This document shows positions 42,401-53,948 of a stretch of DNA of 64,000 bases, piece after piece. The notes beneath the pieces are model-generated. The model saw only the letters and a program-made list of their open reading frames with translations. It ran no database searches and was not told where the DNA came from. Each line of letters opens with the position of its first letter. Within the stretch, counting starts at the first letter, position 1. The translations under genes were made by a program, and so were the position numbers. The DNA comes from Trichoplax adhaerens (lineage: Eukaryota > Animalia > Placozoa), in the NCBI RefSeq assembly GCF_000150275.1, contig NW_002060946.1, positions 6,540,936-6,604,935 of the forward strand, in the 5' to 3' direction.

Positions 42401-45228
42401 ATTCCATTTGTAATCATCTTTGTAGTAAGTTTGTAATCAATAGTTATCAAAATATTACATCTTTAACAAAGTTCCAGGATATATAGCTATAAATACTAAA
42501 GCTACTGTATTGCATATATTAAATTAATTTAGCAAATGTAAGATTCCCAACTAAAGGTCTCTTAAATCTTGTAGACAAACATTGTATTTTGTGGTATGGC
42601 AATTTACACTATGCTCAATACACAAAAAATAGCTCAGGAGACCGGAGATCTGCAGAAAACAAAGTTTGTTTTAATAGCTTTCTATACTAAAATTGTTTCA
42701 TACAAATGCTAGATAAACAAAGTGAGGATCTCTTTTTCATATGATTAATATCATTCTTAAGAATCGCGTTGAGAGGCTTGAGTATTTTAGCCCCCATCCT
42801 AGGTTTAACCTGGTCTTTTGGTTGCATTCTTATGATATCTGATAATGTTGTGATACAATATCTATTTGCAATTACTAATTCGGTACAGGTAGGTATAATT
42901 TATAACAGAAGATCATTCTAAATATTCGCATTTACTAACAGCAAGGATTTATTATTATTAATTCTAACCTTAGGGACTATACATCTTCCTTGCTTACTGC
43001 GCCTTCAGTCAAAAGGTAAGCGATAAAAATTTATGACTCATGTTACTAATCCAAATCGTCTGCAATACTTAACAGCATAATTTGATTCTATCAATCATTC
43101 ATTTAAATAAACGTTTTGTTATGTTAATCATCAGAATAGCGGCCAGTTAATTTGTATCTCACTAAATAATGTAGACCTAAATTTAAATGACCAGAAATTC
43201 TATCAAGAAGCAATAATTATAATTTCTTGTACAATTCATGAAGAAATAACGAGCGCTGTTTGTTATATTTTTTATTACAAATAAAGTAAAATTTCATTGA
43301 ATATTTCAATAATAACTTAACATTGACCAGAAACTTATCAATAATCGTTAATAATAATATTATTGGGATTCTATTCTCCGCTTGGATTCGTAATAGTTTT
43401 AAAATTTAAAAATTTATTATTCCCTTTGCTTTTAGTTCAAGTTTAGCAGTAGCCTAGAATTTCTATCCAGTCATAGCGATATAAGTTATGATTGCAATCC
43501 TAACCTTCAAAATTTAAAAATTGATTGAGAAGGTTACTTTGCTTACTCAGTAACTACCATAGAATAATTGCTTTGCAGCAATTTCCAAAGTGAAATTTTA
43601 AAGGATGTAGGTAATATTGCTGATAGAGTTCTATTAATTGAACTAATAGGTTAAAGAGGCCTATGGTAAATACAAGAAACAGGGAAAAAGACATTTTATA
43701 ATGAAAGAAAAGCCAAGGTAACAAAAGTCGCTACTCTTGATATATATTTTACCTTTATCGAAGGGTACGAAATACAATTTTTGCTATAAAAGCGCCAGAA
43801 TCAAAAAGTTAATGCCTTTCTTTACATAATTTTTTTAAATATTGTTCCGTAGCAACACGAAAGAAAAATCGAATGATTCCTCTTATCCAAGTTCCAAAGT
43901 TGGGTATGTTAGCTATCAAATTGAGTAATGATTGCTCTGTTGGTCTTTGATAAAACAAAGGGGACATGATCAGATTTTAAAATGGCACGTAATAAATATC
44001 TTTAAAGTGAAAACTTTGCAAGGAAGCTATATATATAAATTCCTATCTGTTTTGAAGCAGATTACGAATCATGTTCAGTTAGTGTTTTAGTATTGGCGGT
44101 AGGCTATATTGAAAGATCACTACGTACGAATAATCCTACATGCTTAGTTATTATTTTATTACAAAATTTATTTTGTATGAGTTCTACATCGAATATAACA
44201 CAGAACAGCATTAAGTTAATTAAGACACTGTTATTGATTGTCTTCCTACTATGCTGCATATAATAAATTCAAAGCAATTTCTGACTCTTTAGCGTACATA
44301 CACATAAGAGTATCCCTGTAATCGCGGAGAGCAGCAGTAAAACTTTGCGAGACAATATTCTATAAGTAAATTCTAATTATAAATACCTATAGTAAAGAAG
44401 CTTAGAAAATTAAATTGCGATGTATACCATCTGACATGTTAGGAATGCAAGAGTATTTGCAAATTTTCAAGTTATAAATCATTACATAGCAGTGATAAAT
44501 CTAGTATATTTAAATTCGAAAATAGTGTAGCAACGAGAAATGGAACTAAATATTTAGCTTCGTCGGAAGCATTTATGCTCTAGTCACCACCAACAGATAT
44601 TTATTTTATTTTGAATTAAGATTTTATTCTATTTTCATCTAATACTAGCAACGTAAAAACAGAAAAAACATCTATAATAACCAGTACAGACGTCGAAAAA
44701 TCTGTAAACGTAACATCAGCGGAACAAATGAAACAGGAAAATATAAACCCTGAATCGTGTGAAGAAAATTTCGTCGTGCTATCAGTTCCTGAAGTTTCAG
44801 TATTACCAGAAACGAACGATAGCCTAGCGGATACTGATAGTCGTGCCGATAGCGAACTAGATCAAAAACCTCTAAGTGGTGGAGATCCAATAGAGCGCAA
44901 GAATGAAGAAGAAGTATTAAAAAAGCAAAGTTATTCAGATCAAGAAAATCTCTCTTTAGAAGATCAGCAAGAGTTACTTCGTATTAAGATTAGAGGTTTA
45001 CATCCTCAAGCATCGACTGATGAAATTAGGGAATATTTTAAAAGATATGGCAAAATTGAAAGGATTGGTAGCATCAGTAAACATCAGGCTAATCAGTCCG
45101 ATGATGAAAACGAAGATACTGTGGAAACATACGTAGTATACCACGAAAAATCTGCAATCGATAGTATCTTCAGCGAAACTAAAGATACTCACATCATTCA
45201 TGATCGTCAAGTCTATCTGCAATTGTAA
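36432..45228 (+). CDS. Adhesion GPCR 2: signal - CUB - 2 Ig-like - HRM - GAIN/GPS - 7TM - tail ending in an RRM-like domain; multi-exon paralog of GPCR 1
   Basis: Exons 36432-36497, 36747-36786, then 36919 onward (DCGDY..GYIISPNYPYNY CUB); 38594-38866 (Ig end + HRM); [16 protein letters not shown] at 41251; 7TM exons colinear with GPCR 1; tail exons 43650-43717, 43853-43903, 44649-45228 all in phase. Confidence 0.9.
37950..38580. repeat. About four degenerate ~150-160-bp tandem repeats in a GPCR 2 intron
   Basis: Recurrent CTTGTATTGAAT...GGGTTTAATTGGCAATTGAAGATAGTATAAATA...GATATTGACATTC near 37960, 38120, 38310 (partial) and 38440. Confidence 0.8.
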
Positions 45229-45924
45229 ATTCCGTTGTATAGCAATCCGATCTCAGATAATCAACATAAACGAGTACGGAAAGGCCTATAAATTGATAGA
45301 TAAAAACTCGTAAGATATAGACAGAGCTAACATATACTTGAGAAATCAATCAGTCTCCAATTTTATCACTAAATTTTAAAGGTTCAAAATTCAGGTATAC
45401 TATTGGTGTTAATTAGACATTACCAATATCTTTCTTATCTTTTTTCCTGCTGTTAAAATACTTTATCTAATTGCTATCCATGAATTTAAACGTACATCGT
45501 CCATGATATGATATTATACGGTAACTGCAATTTTATCGTATTATATCGTCATATAATTTAACCTCAGTATTAATTTAAGAGCACTTTGATGAAATAATTG
45601 TTTACGAGTATATTTCAGCTCATATCGCATGTGTAAATGAATGACTGCTAAATTGATAGTATAGCTTTTTTTACTTTCCTTCATAACTTTATTACAATAT
45701 AAGCGTATGGTTAGTTTATTATTTAAAATAAAGAAAAATAGTACCAAATCCTATCAGAAGATTATATGTTAGATGTTAGATCATAAAAAAATTTCTAGGC
45801 TAAAATTAATATATTCGAATGATCTTAAAAGCTATAACTTCAAAGTATAAGACGCATTTACTTTGTTCTCGGTTAAAAATACGAGAGATTTCGGTAACCA
45901 ACTCGAGAAGATATCAACATACAC

Positions 45925-45974
45925 NNNNNNNNNNNNNNNNNNNNNNNNNNNNNNNNNNNNNNNNNNNNNNNNNN
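45925..45974. other. Assembly gap (50 N)
   Basis: Run of n characters. Confidence 1.
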
Positions 45975-48900
45975 AACTAAGATAAATCATTTAGCATACC
46001 AATCGATAAAACAAGGTGACTACAAAGCGGATTGGGTCGACGAATATATGACGGCAATAAATTGAATTAAAAGCTGACGTAAATGACTAATTTGGTTATG
46101 AAAGAGACTGTATTACACTTTCTTATTTGCTAAGTATATGGCTCACAATACTACTTGAGTCCAGTAATAAATCTTGAATCTTGAATAATTTGTAAAATAA
46201 TGTAAAGTTTATTAGGAAATTATAGCTTAACAAAGATAAGGCAAATTTAGTAGTTATTACAAATTTGTAAGCGTAAACTAGAGTATGTAATCGTAAGGTA
46301 AGTCACGTATAATTATAACAGATACATTACATATACTAATAACTCTAAATATATAGTAGTTGTCTAGGGTACCATCATACGTAATGTTATTATAGTAAGT
46401 TACAGACATAGCATCAACAAGCTCTAATAGACCGTATTTAACCACTAGTCGATATTATATTAACACACTATACCCCGCAAGTCCTGTTTATGTATAATCT
46501 TAGTATTAAGCTTATTTGGGGCTGCACTACATAGGTAAATAAGAAATACGCTATTTTTATAGAATCGGAGGATGGATTACATGGCTGTTTAATACAATCA
46601 ATCAGTAAGCTATTCTCATATCATCTCTTGATAATAAAAGCGGCATACAAACGTTATCACTTTTATCAGGAAGGTTTAATGATGCTACAGGTAGTTGAAT
46701 AATTATTGTTGGCTTAGCTATTTCTACTGGACTACTAAATCTTCAAGGTCTAATATAAGTACAGTATGACAGTGACTAGAAAGTAAAAGTTGGCGTTATC
46801 AACTTCTTGTAGCGCCATGATGCGTAGTACAGTACCATTTGTATTCAAATTTGCAGCATCTATCATTTTCCTACATAACTGAATAGGTTGTATCACTAAA
46901 ACCGTATTTTGGAATAGACATCCGGTAAAAATTTCATCGTATCCAATATTATATTCGAGCAATAGAAGAATTAATCCTTCTAATGCTGGAACCTGTAAAG
47001 ATATTGTAGGCACTACCTGCTACTATTTCTATTCAATCATATAAACAAAGTTTTGATCATGATGTACAATTTTACAGTGGACAGTTAGAGCCATCGCTAC
47101 AACTACGAACAGATATTATTTCCTTTAGGGAACTCTCTTAAATACTGAGACATTCCTTAACTAAGTAATAAATAGGTTATCACAAAATGCCTTGATAAAT
47201 TCGAAAATCTTACTTAGCTACATACTGTAGTAATTGAGCTATCATTAACAATTATGAAGGATTTTCTATCATAAGATTTTTAACGTAAATATGCCAGCAT
47301 AGCAAATAAATCATTACATTATTATATCCAACACTTTGCTGCAATGTCAACTATAATTAATCCTGTACATGAAAAATTGCTATAAATCTAGATGTGATCT
47401 AGTAATAGTAAGGGAAAGCTGTTACGCGGTGCAGCTGTTATATTAGTTTTTGCTGATGGTCTGGCATTACTAAGATGGCTTGATTTTAGAGAGTCAGCGT
47501 TATGTAAATATTAAGTTAGTTTACTACATTATACTGAGTACTAAAGCAATTTAACTCGTAGCATTTGAAATTTATTTTATTTTGGAATATTTTCCCAAGC
47601 AATATTACATAGAATGTTAGTAAGAATCTTAAAGTGCCAATGCGATAGGTTCATATCAGATGCAGATATGATAATTAAATTATTATATTGCACTACAGTA
47701 CATGGCTTAGTGCCGTTGTACTGTGTCTGAAAATCGCATCTCTAAATTGATCAATGAAAGTCATTTAAAACTTTCTCATTTCTTGACACTAATCTAGTTC
47801 GAGGTATAGATTTTACGATAAATTAGGGTAGCAATCTGTAGAAGTAACTCTATATACTTTACATTAAACTAGTAAGCTTAGTAATTCAGTAGATCATAAA
47901 CAGCTTACTTATCACATTACCATATATTAATAATAATTTAATTTTCGAATATTAAAAAATAAGAGCTATCAAAATTGCTGTAGAATATTTCAATGGCAAA
48001 ATGAAACTTTACAGTATAGAAAGAGTGCAGTTTACTATTTTTAATTTATTTACACTTCCTAATTTCTCGCTATGATCTTAGATACTCGAATTGTGTATCG
48101 AATAGTTTTATTTTGTTTTAGTTAAGAACTTAAAGCCCAAATACTAGAATCAGTAGCTCGAACCCAAATCTGTTAACGGACATCAGCATCTACACTGTAC
48201 ATTACTAAATATTGGATTAATTGTGGCGATGACTTGAACGTATACTTACCCACATAAAAACGACGTCTATTTTATAGATTGACAAAAAGAACACATTAAC
48301 CGACTAGTTCTGTCTTCACGTCAGTTTAGCTGAATAGTGACATATGATATTCTGTGCATTAAGTTGATTTGGCAATATTAATAAATAATATGCGAGGGGT
48401 CTACTAGTTAAATAATAAGGAACTAGACCTCAATTTACACTCGTATCGATGGAACATAAGTAGAAAGCAAATAAATTAATGTTTGTAAATATCTATTAGC
48501 TCATTTATTTATGTGAAAAGCATAACCCAATACAAAGATTATAATCATTACTATTAATTAATAAAGAAATTACGTCTTAAGTTACGTAAATAGGAAGTAA
48601 ACTAGAAGTAGCTACTGTTTATCAGTAGTTCTAGGCATATTATTTACTAAATCATTTACGGTATGTAAAAGTAAAACCCAATATAAGGATTATGATCAGT
48701 TTCCTGCATTGATCGTAGCTGCATAGTTTGTATGCTACTTCACGGTTCTAACATAACTATTTTAATAAGATCGAGAGCCTTTGCACATGTTTAAACTACG
48801 AAAGATTTTTGTTTACTCATACTATGTATAAGTTAGAAAAACTTTCAACTATGTAAAGCGTTTATATTATGAGAGATAGACGTGTAAAAAGAGATTATTA

Positions 48901-51900
48901 CAACCTCCAAAGGAAACTCTAGTAAATATCTCACCAATTCAACCTGTTAGTTTTACTATTAGAGCAAACTGAATTAAAATGTATCTAACACCTTCTAGAA
49001 TTGCATTAGCTACACTAGTGTTACTAATTCATTCTTAATTAATTAATTAATAAGGCAACTGTACATCAAAACGAATCTACTTCCTATTCTATATCTACCT
49101 GATTGATTCTGTGCTACTGGATATCAATATACTAAAATATTCAATCGTACCATTTAATCACCTCATACGGGTACTGTCACAATCATAATTATCGCTGTAT
49201 AAAACAATTCATAGTCAAAAGTTCAGACATTGCAGAGAATTCTAACAATAATACTATTTTTTAGATTTATAGCGCAGCTGGGTGTTGAAATTCAATTATT
49301 ATATATTCAGATTGCACAACATAAATAACCTATGAATATAATACGTTGATATTTTTGACTTAATCGCCTCATTTTTAATGTGGGAGTAATGCAAAAATAA
49401 TGTTTGCTGTAAAAAGTTTCATCTCGGTGACAAAAGGCGTAAAAGCCTTCTAGCGATCCGTGATACAAGCGTAGGGCAACAAAACAAATAACAACTGAGA
49501 ACAAGCTGTAGTAATTCTGATTAGCGTCAAAGTACTCACTATTACTCCGATAAATGATTATTTTGTTCTGTTGTGATATAATTAATCTTCTATACTCGAT
49601 TAGTTTACAATTATTTCATCACGAAAATACCATCTTAAATTATAATCTTTAACCATATGAGAGCTATTAATCAATTTTGATCAAACTCGTAGTACTTGAC
49701 ATAAAATCCTACTCAACCTTAAAAAGTCGGTCTATTAACTAGACTTTATTTAAATCAGCCTTTGAAATTGTCTATAGGCCATCATGCCTAGGGGAACAAT
49801 AAAATAAAACCTCCACCCCTTTATTCAACAAATGAACGTTGAAAGGTTGACAGAAGAATCTACCAAATAACCAACCTCTTTACCTTGCTTTGTTAATTAA
49901 TTAAATGCTGCTAACGCAGCGAAAGCCGCTTTATCAAAGTAAGAATCGTGTAAGACAGTTCTTTTTATCAATTGCTCTATCTAGACTAGCTTAAAATGAT
50001 TTCATTCGATTCAGTTTTATAGAATAATTTTTTTCAATATAAAATAATAGACGCCCCAATTTTTCCGATGCTGAGCCCCAGCTAATACGAACGCTTGAAC
50101 TTGATCGTCTCACCCTATCAATTAGCCCTTCGTTAAAGCTATTATATCTCACTAAAACCGTAGTAAAAGATTGGACTATACACCAACTTACAATATAATC
50201 ACGATAAGGTCATTAATTATATATTTCTTATTATCAATAGTAATCAACAGATGGTATAATATCGTACAGATTAATGCATTAACTACGTCTCGGACCATAC
50301 GTGATAGTACCGACACGGAAGTTAACAAATCTAGAAATTGAAATGTTATTGATGCCATCCATCTTCCCTATCATTTTCTGCAGGGTTGATAACAAAATGC
50401 ATCGAAATGAATCGTATTCATTTGTCGTATGACTCATTGCTGATGCTTTCTTACACTATTAATTGCCATTAAAGGATATCATGCAGAGTTATCGTAACGA
50501 TAAATTTATTCACTTTTAAGGTCAAGTAGAGCCTTAAAAGCCATCATCATCTTGCGTAACCCTTGATTCTAGAATTTAAAAGAAATTATATTTACCTAAT
50601 GGAACTAATCATTCATTCCATTTATGATTAAAAAATAATTGAAATACAGTTTCATTGATTACAATCTTGCAACGGTAATCAAGGGATTTGCTAGATCAAT
50701 AGGACACTAATACCATTGCTGTAGTAAATTCTCGTAGAATTTCGCAGCAATTCGGTAAGGAATCAAGACGGTAGAGTCGATACTCCGGAAACAACAACAT
50801 TAATCTCTTTGACGTCAATTGGGATGTTCCCACGGCGACATGTCATTAATTTACGAATCTGCACCCTAAGGCTGTCTAATGGGATACAATGTTATTCTCA
50901 AGGCGGATATAAAGAAGATAATGGCGATAATTACGCCTTATGATCCAATGGAGCCATCTCATCATACTAACAAAGACACAGTTGGACAGAATCGCTGTCC
51001 CCTGGGCTACTTTAAAATTAATTCAAACCGACTGAACCATTAAAGATGGAAGGAGTGAGGCCGACAATAAATCACACGAATAAAAATTATATTGTAGAGC
51101 TAATCTATCAACCATTTGCTAACCCGGTAGCGTTACTTATGTTCAATACATTTGAATAGTAACCTCCTACCTCTAATGACTAATACATACAAAAAGAAGA
51201 AAGAACGTCTGCCCTCTTCTCGATTTTATGTACATTTGATCTTAGGATTGGTTTATCGAATTCCTTAATGATGTGGAATTAGGCTTTTTCTAGCGATTCC
51301 TATCGCGTTAGCTATCACTTATAAGTATACAAAGATCTTATCAGAAAAAAGATTTGATTACAGTCAACATCAACCACTAAATTTAAGATTAGCTACTATT
51401 TATTCAACACCGTAGCAACAGTAACATATTTTAATTATAAATCGCCAAGTCATTTACGTAAGAAAATTTAATTGCCAAGATGAGTGGCAGAATTTAAACA
51501 AAAGCTTTCAAACAATAACATCGAATGAATAGTAGCCTAATTAGCAGCCCATTAATGATTCCTATAATTACCCGTTTGTTTTTAGGTCAAGAGCTGTATG
51601 CCGTAATTCGCCATTATTACTGCATTTAATACAACACAATTCTCTCGTTTCGCAACATATATTGTTTCTATAATATAATTATTCCATTTTCCATTGTCTG
51701 ATTACAAAATATGCGAATTAATAAACAGAAAACCATAGACAAAACCAGTCTATAATCACCTTCAACGAATTACTACCTTTGCTATTGAAATTTGGATTGA
51801 TGTTTTTCAAATCCAGTATACAGTACCTTAGTCAGATCTCTAAAGATTTGAAGAATGTAATTTAGACGTTTTGAAAAGTGAAAATCTAAATCCCCCAAAG

Positions 51901-53190
51901 ATTAATCGTCTTTATAGACAGGAATAAAAGTGATAAATATTTTGAAGATATTGATCATTTTATGTTAAATCCATTTCATGCTGAAAAAATTATTAATCTA
52001 AAACTCTTCTTAGAGTAAGATTTAAATAAATAAAAAAATAGCAAACTAGATGCTTTCAATGGATCGATTTTATTCGTTTAATTAATAAATACGCGTTCAT
52101 TAATTTATTGAATAGCTTTAGTCCCATACTTGATTTATGTAGTTCCTATACAGAATTTGAATTGTATCCAAAAATAAATGCTAATAAATAATGCTCATCT
52201 TTTCGATACGATTTCATTCAATCTATTTCAAAAGATCGCCTATGGTGAATACGTACGAGGATTACGTAAAGATCTTTTTAATTACTAGGACATGTCACTC
52301 TAGAATCAATGTAGACATGAATACCAATCAAATAATAACAAAACTGCAGGGCTTGAACTCTCAAATAAATCAATCATAATTTTTCTTAGTCTGTATTAGC
52401 CAATGGTTAATGTAACATTGTAAGGATGGATTTACTACCATTGTCAACCCAATAATTTTTATAATAATTTTCAATAGTCCCACAATCAGAATGTAACGCG
52501 TTATGACTTAAAATGAATGAATTATTATAATTACAGTATACGACTTCATTCGTTCTAATTCATATCGAATTCACTTAACGTAATAAATGATATTAATTTG
52601 ATTTGCTGATTAGCAATATAGTAGTGATAGAATTGTGACACAGCGTTATTCTCAGCCCTCTTAACCATTCCAATTATAATTATAATGAATAACAAGCATT
52701 AGCATAGCAACAAGTTGTTTTTTTTCCTGAACGCCAAATAGACCCGCTACGATAACAAAATCAATTCTAGAAGTATAAAATTTACGCGATTATCAAGCAG
52801 AACGGAAATAACTATATCCTGTTTATCTATTTACCCTGTCATATTTTGTACCGATATTTTGTACCGAATTTCCCGGTGGAATAGATCGCACTTAGTTACT
52901 ACTATCACATTGCAATATTGATGTTGCATTAAATACATTTTATATCACCAATAATTAAAATTACTGTGTCAGTATCGTCTATAAACTCGTAATTTAAAAT
53001 CAATTGTTTTAATTTGCCTCAAGGGATACTTCCACATTATTGTTTAAACTATATCTATTTTTGTTCTTTACTAAATTTATAGCAACAAAAAGATCCATTT
53101 ATGACTATTCTTTTTAGTTTCGTCCAAGCTTGTAAAGTAGATCAAGTTATTCTTACTTATTCAAATCCATTCATCTCAATAGAATTGATC

Positions 53191-53312
53191 AGATCCTCCT
53201 TCTTCAGCTATTGATTGTATTGTCTTCGAGAGTGTATATAAGGAGCAATATTCTTGCATTTCCTTATAACTCAATACACTTGCAGCGTGTGCAGAGAAAC
53301 AAACTTGATACG
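53191..53312 (+). promoter_or_regulatory. Core promoter and non-coding exon 1 of Arg-rich precursor A
   Basis: AGATCCTCCTTCTTCAG box (53191), TATATAA (53235), donor GATACG|GTAAG (53312). All three recur in paralog B. Confidence 0.75.
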
Positions 53313-53437
53313 GTAAGAAAATCATTTTAGCTTTACATCTAATTTCTTCTTGCTGAATTTTGTTAGTTCCTATCTATGAGATTAGAGCAATTTTAATCAA
53401 TTAAATTACTATCATTTAAAAATTAGAAACTGACAAC

Positions 53438-53948
53438 ATGAAGTTTACATTGGTCTTACTTGCCTCACTCCTTTTCTTGGCCGTCGCCGTTCGTGCCGAA
53501 GAAGAACACCAAGAACTGGAAGAAGTTAGAGATAACATTCCCATGGAAGAAGATGATGAAGTAGCTGAAAAAGAAGAAGAATCTCCCGAAAATGAATTAC
53601 AAGCTAGAGAAGAGGAAGAGGAAATACCTGAGGAAGCTAAAGCCTTGGTAAGTCACAAACCATTCCTGTCCTTTTAATCATGTGCAATATGAGATAATTT
53701 AACTAATAACAACTGATGCAAAATATTCTTTAAGTTAAATTATGATAACATAGATTAAAAAATTAGAAATTTTTAACGCTGTATATCAAATTTTGCCATT
53801 TTAACAGTGGAGCCGCCGTCGCCGTCGCTGGTATCGTCGCCGATTTATCACCTTCCGTCGCCGATTTATCACCTTCCGTCGCCGTTTCATCACCCTCCGC
53901 CGTCGCTGGGTCAGCCGTCGCCGCTTCTGGGGAAAGAAACAAAACTAA
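53438..53948 (+). CDS. Secreted prepropeptide A (arminin/trichoplaxin-type architecture), 116 aa; exons 53438-53647 and 53808-53948; predicted mature WSRRRRRWYRRRFITFRRRFITFRRRFITLRRRWVSRRRFW-amide
   Basis: Signal MKFTLVLLASLLFLAVAVRA, Glu-rich propiece, phase-0 GT-AG intron, Arg/aromatic repeat, GKK amidation signal. Confidence 0.88.

Noticed and set aside
44728-45228. Stand-alone RRM gene
   Set aside because: The frame is open back to a good acceptor at 44648, in phase with the GPCR 2 tail exons, so it is better explained as the receptor's last exon.
50808-50849. FDVNWDVPTATCH* resembling the hyaluronidase N-terminal WNVPT motif
   Set aside because: It is followed by an immediate stop and no further recognisable GH56 motifs; it may be chance or an unrecoverable relic.
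45975-53100. Short ORFs of 60-90 aa in the 7-kb interval after the gap
   Set aside because: They are AT-rich random-like translations without domains or coherent exon chains.
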